Shown here: piece after piece, positions 8,743 through 17,841 of the stretch
Layout of the letters: each line of letters opens with the position of its first letter
Position numbering within the stretch: position 1 is the stretch's first letter
Assembly (NCBI GenBank): GCA_002430605.1
Contig: DJBY01000111.1
Span: 37,691-94,377, forward strand
Source: Opitutia bacterium UBA5964
GTDB lineage: Bacteria; Verrucomicrobiota; Verrucomicrobiia; Opitutales; Coraliomargaritaceae
Direction: 5' to 3'
DNA length: 56,687 nucleotides
Translations under genes and position numbers: made by a program
The notes under the pieces: model-generated
What the model saw: only the letters and a program-made list of their open reading frames with translations
The model's database searches: none
Told to the model about the DNA's origin: nothing

Positions 8743-10175
8743 GAAAAGCAAAAATGAGAACTATAGCCTGTGGTGTCATTGCGGGAATTCTGGTTTGCAT
8801 TCAGCCTCTTTGTGCCGAAACCCAGAAGCCGAACATTGTTTTGATCATGGCCGACGATGTCAGCTGGGAGGCCTTTGGATGCTATGGCGCGGAGGATTAC
8901 GAAACGCCGAATATCGACAAACTAGCAGCCCATGGCATCCAGTTTAGTCATGGCTATTCCACGCCGATCTGCACGCCGTCACGCGTTAAAATTATGACGG
9001 GGCAATATAATTTCCGCAACTACACGCATTTTGGCTATCTCAATCCGAAAGACAAAACTTTCGGAAATCTAATGAAATCCGCGGGTTATAAAACCGCCAT
9101 CGCCGGCAAGTGGCAGCTCAACGGCCTCTATCACAAGGCGGAGGGGCACAACGACAACACTCGACCGGTTAAGGCAGGGTTTGATGAATATTGCTTGTGG
9201 CAGCTGACCGTCGGCGTGAAGAAAAATGGCAAGGATATGAGCGAACGGTTCTGGAGCGCGCCGCTGGAACAGAATGGGGAACTCCTGTCGGTGCAGGACA
9301 ACGCGGGCAAATATGGCCCGGACATTATGTCGGACTTTGTCTGCGATTTTATTGAGCGCCACCAAGACGAGCCCTTCTTCGTCTACTATCCCTCCGTGCT
9401 GGTACACGATCCGTTTGTGCCGACGCCCGACACCATTGGTGATGCGCCGCGCACGCAGGCTGCGAATCATCCGCCAAAAAGTATGGCCGCTCAAAAGGAA
9501 AACTTTGTCGCGATGGTCCATTACCTCGATAAGATCGTCGGCAAAATCGTCGCGAAGCTGGAGGCAGTCGGGCAGCTCGAAAACACCATCATCCTTTTCA
9601 CCGCCGATAATGGCACTCACCCAAGCATCACCTCAGGTTGGAACGGGCAAAATATAAGGGGAGGCAAAGGATCCACGACCGATATGGGGACGCATGTTCC
9701 ATTGATCGCCAGCTGGAAAGGACATTCGCCCAAAGGAGCGGTGCTGGACGACCTGATTGATTTCACCGATTTCTACGCGACGTTCGCCGAAGCCGCTGGA
9801 ATGGGCTTGGGTGCCGATGACCCAATCGATGGCCGCAGTTTTTTTCCGCTACTGAATGGAGAAAAGAGCCATCCGCGCGACTGGGTGCTGATGCACTACC
9901 AACCCTATTGGGGAGAGAGACCGGGATCCCAATATGTACGCGATGAGCGGTTCAAGCTCTACCGCGACGGACGCTTTTTCAATGTGCCGAATGATTTAAA
10001 GGAAGTAGCCGATCTCTCTAAAGGACAGGCCGGTGAACGCGGGGAAACGGCTCGAGCCCAGCTTGTTCAGGTGCTGGAAAGCGCCCCTCCGGCACCGCTG
10101 GTCGAAGGCGGAAACCGTTTGAAAAACCGGCCCGTTTATCCCGATTGGAAAAACATCGTCAACCCGAACGATTAA
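8739..10175 (+). CDS. Cys-type sulfatase (arylsulfatase A-like)
   Basis: KPNIVLIMADD, CTPSRVKIMTG, GYKTAIAGKWQL, FTADNG; ATGA overlap with the upstream sulfatase. Confidence 0.92.
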   Translation: MRKAKMRTIACGVIAGILVCIQPLCAETQKPNIVLIMADDVSWEAFGCYGAEDYETPNIDKLAAHGIQFSHGYSTPICTPSRVKIMTGQYNFRNYTHFGYLNPKDKTFGNLMKSAGYKTAIAGKWQLNGLYHKAEGHNDNTRPVKAGFDEYCLWQLTVGVKKNGKDMSERFWSAPLEQNGELLSVQDNAGKYGPDIMSDFVCDFIERHQDEPFFVYYPSVLVHDPFVPTPDTIGDAPRTQAANHPPKSMAAQKENFVAMVHYLDKIVGKIVAKLEAVGQLENTIILFTADNGTHPSITSGWNGQNIRGGKGSTTDMGTHVPLIASWKGHSPKGAVLDDLIDFTDFYATFAEAAGMGLGADDPIDGRSFFPLLNGEKSHPRDWVLMHYQPYWGERPGSQYVRDERFKLYRDGRFFNVPNDLKEVADLSKGQAGERGETARAQLVQVLESAPPAPLVEGGNRLKNRPVYPDWKNIVNPND

Positions 10176-10246
10176 TATGGAAATTTGATACAGCTCGCAT
10201 ACCTGATGCGAGTTTCCGTCGAACAGAATACGAATGGAAAGAACTT

Positions 10247-11671
10247 ATGAATAATAGAGCAATAATTGTGATAGCGGCCATGGTGTCGGTTATGGGCTGT
10301 GGCATTGCCGCAGCCGCGAATGAAAAACCAAACATTATCGTGATCTTTAACGATGACCAAGGCTACCAGGATCTGGGCTGCTTCGGTTCGCCGGACATCA
10401 AAACGCCGCGCATCGATCAGATGGCCGCAGAGGGGATGAAGTTCACCAGCTTTATGGTGGCTTCTCCGGTTTGTTCTGCATCGCGCGCCGCGTTGCTGAC
10501 TGGTTGTTATCCGAATCGCGTGGGGGTTCCGTGGGTCTTTTTCCCGAATCGTGATCAGGGCGGCCTCCCGCCGAAGCAGGTGACGATCGCTGAAATGCTC
10601 AAGACCGTCGGCTACAAAACCAAGGCCGTCGGCAAATGGCATCTGGGTGACGAGCCGAAATATCTCCCCACCAATCAGGGGTTCGATTCCTACTATGGGA
10701 TCCCCTACAGTAACGATATGTATCCTGCGTTCAGCATGAAATACGCAGACGCCTGCTTGTTTCGCGACGGGCAGAGTCTAGCAACTCTTGAAAAAGCGTT
10801 CGCCGGTGAATTGCAAAAAGGAATCCCGCGCTCGATGAAGGATCGGGTGCCGCTGATGCGCGATGAAGAATGCATCGAGTTTCCCGCGGATCAGACCACG
10901 ATCACGAAACGGTACGCCGATGAAGGTATCGCCTTCATTTCGGAAAGCGTAACAGAAGAGAAGCCATTCTTCCTCTATCTGGCGAACTCGATGCCTCACA
11001 TTCCGCTGTTCGCATCGCCCGACTTTATGGGGAAAAGCGAGCGCGGTCTCTACGGTGATGTGATCGAAGAGATGGATTACAACGTAGGGCGCGTTCTTGA
11101 TCACCTCAAGGAATTGAAGATAGAGGAGGACACGCTTGTGGTCGTCACCTCCGACAACGGCCCCTGGTTGATCATGAAAGAGAACGGAGGTAGCGCGTTG
11201 CCGCTTTTTGAGGGAAAGATGACCACCTTCGAGGGCGGCCAGCGCGTGCCTTGTGTCATGAAATGGCCGGGGAATATTCCCGCCGGATCGGTTTGCGACG
11301 AGATGGCGCTCTCTATGGACCTGCTGCCGACGTTCGCTGCTGTTTCCGGTGCCGCGTTGCCAACTGTGCAACCACTCGATGGTAAAAATATCATTGATTT
11401 GATGACGGCCAAGACCGGCGCTAAAACGCCGCATGAATTCTTCTTTTATGATCAGACGGCGGTTCGACAGGGCGACTGGAAATATCATTCCCGCGAGATA
11501 TTCAAGGTGAAAGAAACGACCCGTGCATCAAAGGGGCCATCACTCTACAACCTGAAAGACGATATCGGCGAGTCGAACAATCTAATCGATCAGTATCCGG
11601 AGATCGCCGAGCGCCTGGCCAAGGTGCTGAAAACCAATCCTAACAAGATAGCCGCAATGAAAAAGAAATGA
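10247..11671 (+). CDS. Cys-type sulfatase (ARSA/GALNS-like)
   Basis: KPNIIVIFNDDQGYQDL, CSASRAALLTG (CxAxR), GKWHLG, GIPYSNDM, TSDNGPW. ATG 10247 gives a signal peptide. Confidence 0.93.
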   Translation: MNNRAIIVIAAMVSVMGCGIAAAANEKPNIIVIFNDDQGYQDLGCFGSPDIKTPRIDQMAAEGMKFTSFMVASPVCSASRAALLTGCYPNRVGVPWVFFPNRDQGGLPPKQVTIAEMLKTVGYKTKAVGKWHLGDEPKYLPTNQGFDSYYGIPYSNDMYPAFSMKYADACLFRDGQSLATLEKAFAGELQKGIPRSMKDRVPLMRDEECIEFPADQTTITKRYADEGIAFISESVTEEKPFFLYLANSMPHIPLFASPDFMGKSERGLYGDVIEEMDYNVGRVLDHLKELKIEEDTLVVVTSDNGPWLIMKENGGSALPLFEGKMTTFEGGQRVPCVMKWPGNIPAGSVCDEMALSMDLLPTFAAVSGAALPTVQPLDGKNIIDLMTAKTGAKTPHEFFFYDQTAVRQGDWKYHSREIFKVKETTRASKGPSLYNLKDDIGESNNLIDQYPEIAERLAKVLKTNPNKIAAMKKK

Positions 11672-11984
11672 TGCCGTTCTGATCAGTCGCGTCATCACTA
11701 CTTATTGGTGCAGATAGGCCTGACTCACTGATTCGGCGGGAGGTTTTCGGTCAACTTCCGATCTCCCCGCTACACGATGCGCTCTTTCTTATCACTGGTT
11801 ACCATCGCGTAAATAAGAAGAGACAGGATTATGTATGCGACAAAAGAAGGGATGCGCCAAAATCGCTCTCTTCGAGACTCAAATGCGGGTCTTGAATTGA
11901 GGATTTTTCGGATCCGGGCTCAATTTGTCGATAATTGTGATGCGTGGCTGTTGACCTTCGAGCCGAATTCGTGAGCATTTTAGC

Positions 11985-13097
11985 ATGGAACCGAATTATT
12001 CAAAATTGGCTAAGGTGTTGACCGGATTCTCGACGAATTTGCAAAAAGGGGAGCGTGTCTTGATCGATGCATTTGATATCCCGCAGGCGATGGTGGTCGC
12101 TTTGGTGCGTGCTGCACGGGAGCTCGGGGCAATTCCGTTTGTGAACCTACAAGATGCGCGTATCAGCCGTGAACTGGTCAACGAGATCGATGTCGAGCAG
12201 TTTGAAACACAGGCGACCTGGGAGCTGGCACGCATGCAGAAGATGGATGCCTACATTGCGGTGCGTGGTTCGGATAATATATTTGAGATGTCGGATGTGG
12301 ATCCGGCCAAAGTATCGCGTGTGATGAAGGCGATGAAGTCGGTGCTCGACTACCGGGTGAATCAGACGAAGTGGGTGATTCTTCGTTGGCCGACACCTGC
12401 GATGGCTCAACAGGCGATGATGAGCACAGAAGGCTTTGAAGACTTTTTCTTTCGCGTCTGCACGCAGGACTACTCGCGTATGGTGGAGGGGATGCAGACT
12501 CTGGAGGCGCTGATGGCCAATACTGACCAAGTGCATCTCAAGGGGCCAGATACAGATCTGCGTTTCTCTATCAAAGGCATCGGCGCGGTCGCTTGTGGTG
12601 GCTCGCACAATATCCCAGATGGTGAGGTCTTCTCTTGCCCGGTTAAGGATTCGGTCGAAGGCGAGATTACTTATAATGCGCCGACGATTTATCAGGGCGT
12701 ATCCTTTGACCGGATCCACTTGAAATTTGAAAAGGGTAAGATCGTGCATGCAGACGGCAGCAATGCTCAGCGCTTGAACGAGATACTCGATTCTGATGCG
12801 GGTGCGCGTTATATTGGCGAGTTTGCGATCGGTTTTAATCCACACATTCTTGAGCCGATGCGTGATATTCTGTTTGATGAGAAGATCGCGGGCTCTTTCC
12901 ACTTCACGCCAGGTCAAGCGTATGAAGAAGCGGACAACGGTAATCGCTCACAAGTGCATTGGGACATGGTGCAGATCCAACGACCGGAGTATGGTGGCGG
13001 TGAAATATGGTTTGATGGCGAGCTGATCCGTAAAGACGGTTTGTTCGTAAAAGAAGAGCTGAAGACGCTTAATCCAGATTATCTACTCAATGGGTAA
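11985..13097 (+). CDS. Aminopeptidase, peptidase M29 (AmpS/PepS) family
   Basis: [45 protein letters not shown]. Confidence 0.93.
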   Translation: MEPNYSKLAKVLTGFSTNLQKGERVLIDAFDIPQAMVVALVRAARELGAIPFVNLQDARISRELVNEIDVEQFETQATWELARMQKMDAYIAVRGSDNIFEMSDVDPAKVSRVMKAMKSVLDYRVNQTKWVILRWPTPAMAQQAMMSTEGFEDFFFRVCTQDYSRMVEGMQTLEALMANTDQVHLKGPDTDLRFSIKGIGAVACGGSHNIPDGEVFSCPVKDSVEGEITYNAPTIYQGVSFDRIHLKFEKGKIVHADGSNAQRLNEILDSDAGARYIGEFAIGFNPHILEPMRDILFDEKIAGSFHFTPGQAYEEADNGNRSQVHWDMVQIQRPEYGGGEIWFDGELIRKDGLFVKEELKTLNPDYLLNG

Positions 13098-13112
13098 CCG
13101 TCTATGAATGCT

Positions 13113-13195
13113 GGAGGGCAACGCTCCGTCGTTGCCGCATGCGCTGAGTGCGCGTCGTGTGGCGATGTCCTTGGAAACGACGGAGCGTTGTTTTC
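13113..13195. repeat. REP-pair (REPIN-like) inverted repeat
   Basis: CAACGCTCCGTCGTT (13119-13133) and AACGACGGAGCGTTG (13176-13190) form a perfect 15-bp inverted repeat, extendable with G-U pairs; GGAG-type leader. Confidence 0.7.
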
Positions 13196-13246
13196 TTGTA
13201 ATCATGTCGCCTGCGGCTTGGGACCCTCCAATTTCCTTTAATTAAT

Positions 13247-14248
13247 ATGCATCCTCCGATTCTACCAAAGACAGCTGACTTTATTCGTCGCCTTCCCAAG
13301 ACCGAGACGCACTTACACATTGAAGGAGCGTTGCCGTATCAATTGCTGCAACAGCTCGATCCCGAGCAGTTTAGCGAACCGCAGATGTGTTGGGCGCAGG
13401 ATTTCAAGTGGAAGTGCTTTGAGGATTTTGAGCATCACTTGATCGAGCATGCGATGCAGTGGTTCACCACGCCTGAGCGCTATTACGAAGCGGCTAAGAT
13501 GATTTTCGAAGGTCAACTCGCGCGTAATGTGCGTTACGTTGAAACCTCGTTTCATGCCGGCATGATTCAATTCATTGATATTCCGGGGCCGGAAATCTTG
13601 GCGGCGATTCGTAGTGCAGTGCCTGCCGGGATGGAAGTGCGGGTGTTCATGGGCATGGCGCGTAATTCTTACAGCGAGGTATTGGCTCCAGTGCTGGAGG
13701 AGTGTGTGCATTGGGACGGTCTCGCGGGACTCGATCTACATGGCGTCGAATATTTACCTTTGGAAGAGTGGACGCCCAAGCTGTGGGCGAAGGCTCGGGA
13801 TGCGGGTTTGGAGATGAAGGCCCACGCTGGTGAATTTGGTCCAGCGGCGAATGTGCGTGAAGCCATTGAAGTGCTCGGAGTGCGTCGTATTCAACATGGT
13901 GTGCGAGCGATCGAGGACGATGCCGTGGTGGATCTAGCAATTGAGAGTGGCACGACCTTTGATGTCTGCCCGATCAGTAACGTAAAACTCAATGTAGTGA
14001 AGGAGCTGGAACAGCACCCGATTCGTCAGTTAGTGGATCGTGGCCTGCGCTGCACGATTAGCACGGATGACCCTTTTTCCTTTGGTAACAATGTTGAAGA
14101 TGAGTATGCGGCATTGAGTGCTGGCCTAAATTTTAGCCATGTCGAGCTCGCGCAGATTGCCAAGAATGGCTTCGAAGTCGCACTAGTGGATGAGGCGACA
14201 CGTGCACAGTGGATTGCTGAATTGGACGCAGTCGTGGAGTCATCATGA
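13247..14248 (+). CDS. add: Adenosine/adenine deaminase family protein
   Basis: [38 protein letters not shown]. Confidence 0.88.
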   Translation: MHPPILPKTADFIRRLPKTETHLHIEGALPYQLLQQLDPEQFSEPQMCWAQDFKWKCFEDFEHHLIEHAMQWFTTPERYYEAAKMIFEGQLARNVRYVETSFHAGMIQFIDIPGPEILAAIRSAVPAGMEVRVFMGMARNSYSEVLAPVLEECVHWDGLAGLDLHGVEYLPLEEWTPKLWAKARDAGLEMKAHAGEFGPAANVREAIEVLGVRRIQHGVRAIEDDAVVDLAIESGTTFDVCPISNVKLNVVKELEQHPIRQLVDRGLRCTISTDDPFSFGNNVEDEYAALSAGLNFSHVELAQIAKNGFEVALVDEATRAQWIAELDAVVESS

Positions 14249-14303
14249 TCGTGCGGCGCGAGGCAGGGAATATTTTGCGCCTATATAAATGGCGAATAAA
14301 AAG

Positions 14304-15284
14304 CTAAAACCAATTGAGCTTTTTGAAGAGTAAGATCTGAAGTGAGATGATGCCTACGAGCATGACGCAGAAAAAGTAAAAGGCATTGCCGTTGTCTGAG
14401 CCAGGGATGCCGCCGACGTTGATTCCGAGTAGGCCAGTCAGGAAGCCTAGTGGTAGGAAAATTGCTGCGATGACTGACAGCATATACATATTCTTGTTCA
14501 TCTTGTCAGACAAAGCATTCGTTAGCTCGTCTTTGATGATTTGGGCGCGCTCTCGCATTGTATCCAAATCTTCGATATAACGGATTACGTGCTCGAGCGA
14601 CTCCTGCAGGTGTCGCTTGTCCAATTGATTCAACCACGCGCGCTCGGAAGTTCGCAGGTGCGCTATGGCGTCACGCTGTGGAGCAATATAACGCCGATAC
14701 ATAATCGCCTCTTTACGGATCGAGGTAATCTCAGAGCGATGCTCCGGGTAAGGACTTTCCATAACTTGCTCTTCGATAAGATCCAAGCGATCATCCAACT
14801 CCGAGAAAATAGGCTCCATTCGCTCAAACAGTCGTGCGCTCAACATCGTTATGAATTCACCGGGAGTCTTCGGCCCTCGACCTGCCTTTAAGTATTCACA
14901 GATTTCAGTGATTGCAGTAAGAGAGCGACGTTGCAGTGTAATAATATGCGACTGATCGACCCACATGCGAATCGAAACCATGTCTTCTGGTTCCGCATTT
15001 TGATTGAGATTGATCCCGCGCAAAATTAGCAAGACGCCTTGCTCGAATTCTAATATTCGGGGACGTGTTTCCTCCGCAAGGAGCGCATCCAAAATAATTG
15101 GATCTAGATGACTCACATCCCGCTCCAACCATTCACGACTCTCGGGGGCATTTACATCGAGGTGCACCCAAGCTAATGTATCTTCCGCTAGCACGCATTC
15201 CGTAATCGCATCGTCGGTCAATGCGACACCTTGTCCAGTGTTGTCTATTTGATATGCGTGAAGAATGCCTGGATTATGATTCAT
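14304..15284 (-). CDS. zntB: ZntB/CorA-family divalent cation transporter (GIN-motif, ZntB-like)
   Basis: ALLAEETRPR, LRGINLN..PEDMVSIRMW, IFLPLGFLTGLLGINVGGIPG; two C-terminal TM helices. Confidence 0.88.
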   Translation of the reverse strand: MNHNPGILHAYQIDNTGQGVALTDDAITECVLAEDTLAWVHLDVNAPESREWLERDVSHLDPIILDALLAEETRPRILEFEQGVLLILRGINLNQNAEPEDMVSIRMWVDQSHIITLQRRSLTAITEICEYLKAGRGPKTPGEFITMLSARLFERMEPIFSELDDRLDLIEEQVMESPYPEHRSEITSIRKEAIMYRRYIAPQRDAIAHLRTSERAWLNQLDKRHLQESLEHVIRYIEDLDTMRERAQIIKDELTNALSDKMNKNMYMLSVIAAIFLPLGFLTGLLGINVGGIPGSDNGNAFYFFCVMLVGIISLQILLFKKLNWF

Positions 15285-16254
15285 GGTTTGGGGTAATACA
15301 TACGTCGGAGGTCTTCAGATGTAGATCGCGCTGAGGAAATGGAATTTCAATGTCATTCGCTTTAAACTTATGCCAAATTTTAAACATGACTTCACTTTGT
15401 GTTTTCCAACGACCCGCAGTGACATCTTCAATCCAAAGATGAATGACGAAATCAACAGAACTATCGCCAAAATTCCTTAAGTAACAAAACGGTGCAGGGT
15501 CTGAAATGCAGAGTGGGTTCTCAGTTGCCGCCTCTAGAATGAGGTCATGTGCTTTCTGAATATCAGATCCATATGCGACACCGATCGGTATTTCAATCCG
15601 TCCTTTAGTGTTACTGTAGGTCGAGTTGACTACTCGGTTGGTAATGAAATCTTCATTAGGAACCATCACTTCTTTACCATCAAAGGTCTCGATTACGGTG
15701 AAGCGTGCACTCGATCTGCGGATGAAACCAGTCGTGCCATCTCCCATCTCGACCAAGTCATCTTGCTCCACCGATTTTTCCATAAGTAATATAATTCCAC
15801 TAATGAAATTAGATGCGATTTTTTGTAAGCCAAAACCTAAACCTATGCCCAAGGCCCCGCTAAAAATTTTCAGTGTTGTGAGGTCAATGCCAAGCATGTC
15901 CAACGCCAAAAAGAACGAGATGAAGTAGATCCCGATCTGCGAAGCCTTCAGCGCCAAAGCGCGATTTGCCGCGCGCATGTGACTAAGCTGATTGATGCGC
16001 ACATCTGCAATGTCGGAGATAATCGCTGCGGACCAGAATAGCAACGCGAGTATCAACGTCGACTTTAAGATCCCATACACACTGAACTCATGCTCGGCTA
16101 TCTTGAACGACAGCATCTCGGTATCAGTATACGATTTGATTATCTCAAAATAGCCGCTCGCTCCGAGTGCTACCACCACCGCGAGTAGAATGAACATCAA
16201 CCATTTTGCCAAATTGGCTTTGGGTTTAATGATTTTGATCCAGAATTTTTTCAT
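15274..16254 (-). CDS. mscS: Small-conductance mechanosensitive channel (MscS family)
   Basis: GALGIGLGFGLQKIASNFISGIILL, VPNEDFIT, IGVAYGSD, NFGDSSVDF, IEIPFPQRDLH. Confidence 0.92.
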   Translation of the reverse strand: MKKFWIKIIKPKANLAKWLMFILLAVVVALGASGYFEIIKSYTDTEMLSFKIAEHEFSVYGILKSTLILALLFWSAAIISDIADVRINQLSHMRAANRALALKASQIGIYFISFFLALDMLGIDLTTLKIFSGALGIGLGFGLQKIASNFISGIILLMEKSVEQDDLVEMGDGTTGFIRRSSARFTVIETFDGKEVMVPNEDFITNRVVNSTYSNTKGRIEIPIGVAYGSDIQKAHDLILEAATENPLCISDPAPFCYLRNFGDSSVDFVIHLWIEDVTAGRWKTQSEVMFKIWHKFKANDIEIPFPQRDLHLKTSDVCITPNHES

Positions 16255-16285
16255 GCAAAGTGTCTATTGATTCTTAGACAGATAT

Positions 16286-16768
16286 CTACTGATTCTTTAA
16301 TGGTGATCTCATTAATGCGCTTTTACAAACAGACGAAACGATTTGAGCTGGCTTGTTGGGCGTTATCCAATGATCGACCGAAGAATCCACGAGGAACGCG
16401 CCGCTTAATGTTTCGCGCCCCAGCAGCATGCGATGGATCATGTTTTTGCGGCAAACTAGATTGACCAATATGCGTTGCTCGACATCCCCCAATCGTAATG
16501 TCGTTTCCACGAAAATGCGATCGTGGCTGTGGCCCGCGCTACTGCGGACCCGCTTGCGCAACTGTATCGGCTCTTCGAGTGTAAGGAGTCGCGTCTGTTT
16601 GCGGTCCAGACGGACCGTGAAACGAACGCGTTCGCCGGGCAATTCTATGATCTCTCCACAATCAATTGCACTGCTCTTTGCGCCAGTGTCAGCTTTCGCA
16701 CGAATGCGAATGCCCCAATCGGGTAATTCAACCCATTCGCGCCAACCAATAGTTGTTTTCGATTTCAT
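16286..16768 (-). CDS. Retropepsin-like protease (DUF785/RimB-like, often annotated ATP-dependent zinc protease)
   Basis: IGWREWVELP..IRAKADTGAKSSAI (DTGA catalytic motif)..RMLLGR. Confidence 0.88.
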   Translation of the reverse strand: MKSKTTIGWREWVELPDWGIRIRAKADTGAKSSAIDCGEIIELPGERVRFTVRLDRKQTRLLTLEEPIQLRKRVRSSAGHSHDRIFVETTLRLGDVEQRILVNLVCRKNMIHRMLLGRETLSGAFLVDSSVDHWITPNKPAQIVSSVCKSALMRSPLKNQ

Positions 16769-17841
16769 GCGTCGTCTTCTAATTCGGTTATCGTTATGTT
16801 GGTTGCCAGCTGAGAGCGAATGTCCGTCTCAATCGTGCCTTCTTCTAGGCCTTCAATGCTCGCCTCCATCTTGCGCTGCGAATACTTCGTGTTGTGCAGC
16901 GCAATGTGGACGACTGGATCGCCGGGCCCCACTGCCGGCATCGTGGTCATCCCCATCACGATACCATCGTGTGGACTGCGAATTACTTCCTTTTCCATCC
17001 CTAGCAGACTCGTGCTGCTGGCCACTGCTTGCCCTTTGACTACTGCTTCGCCGGGAGCGACGTGGAAGTGCAGGAAGCCGCCTGTTTCGGAGCGAATCCA
17101 ACGTGTTTCCTTAACTACCACCTGATGCGGCGGTGCTTCGTAGGCATCGCTGTCGGTCATCTCTAGTTCGTGTAAGACATTGACGATACCGCGAGTTGTT
17201 AGGTCCTGAACCGCTGGCTCGACTTTCCACACTTCGCCTGCCTCGAGTACGATGGTCGGGCAGCCCGCTTTCACTGATTCCTTGCGTAGCGAGCTATTGG
17301 GGCCACTGCCATTCACGATTACTTCGCAACCGAATGCCTTCGCTAGACGCTCGCAATCAGCATTGTCACAGTCGGCGCGCACGTTGGGGAAGTTGGTGCG
17401 GCGCACAGCTGCGGTATGTAAATCGATGATGTAATCGCAGCGAGCGACCACTTCGCTAAAGATCAAATTCGCCAAGCGTGCGCTTAAGCTACCGGTAGCG
17501 CTACCAGGGAAGCATCGGTTTAGATCGCGTCGATCAGGGCTGTAGCGACTGTGCCGCTCAAAGCCCATGATGTTGAGCACGGGCACGAGTATTAATGCAC
17601 CACGTTTTAACTCAAAAGGTGGTTCTTGAATAATACCACGAATGGCACCAGTTCCGTTGATCTCATCGCCATGCAGCGCACCGGTAATTCCCAGTACGGG
17701 GCCAGGCTCGGCGGCCCGCCAGACCATCAGCGGTAAGTTGATGTTGGCCCCGCTGAAACTCTTACCGACTTGAAGTTGTAAACGCTTGCGTTGACCAAGG
17801 CCGATTTTTTGAGTGCCCCAAACTCCGACATTGAGGCTCAT
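16765..17841 (-). CDS. Succinylglutamate desuccinylase/aspartoacylase family (M14) deacylase
   Basis: GALHGDEING, DLNRCFPG, IIDLHT, VLEAGE; C-terminal biotinyl-lipoyl-like hairpin domain and acidic extension. Confidence 0.9.
   Translation of the reverse strand: MSLNVGVWGTQKIGLGQRKRLQLQVGKSFSGANINLPLMVWRAAEPGPVLGITGALHGDEINGTGAIRGIIQEPPFELKRGALILVPVLNIMGFERHSRYSPDRRDLNRCFPGSATGSLSARLANLIFSEVVARCDYIIDLHTAAVRRTNFPNVRADCDNADCERLAKAFGCEVIVNGSGPNSSLRKESVKAGCPTIVLEAGEVWKVEPAVQDLTTRGIVNVLHELEMTDSDAYEAPPHQVVVKETRWIRSETGGFLHFHVAPGEAVVKGQAVASSTSLLGMEKEVIRSPHDGIVMGMTTMPAVGPGDPVVHIALHNTKYSQRKMEASIEGLEEGTIETDIRSQLATNITITELEDDA

Noticed and set aside
14304-15284. Canonical Mg2+ channel CorA
   Set aside because: The signature is GIN, not GMN, and the N-terminal motifs are ZntB-like; substrate remains unproven.
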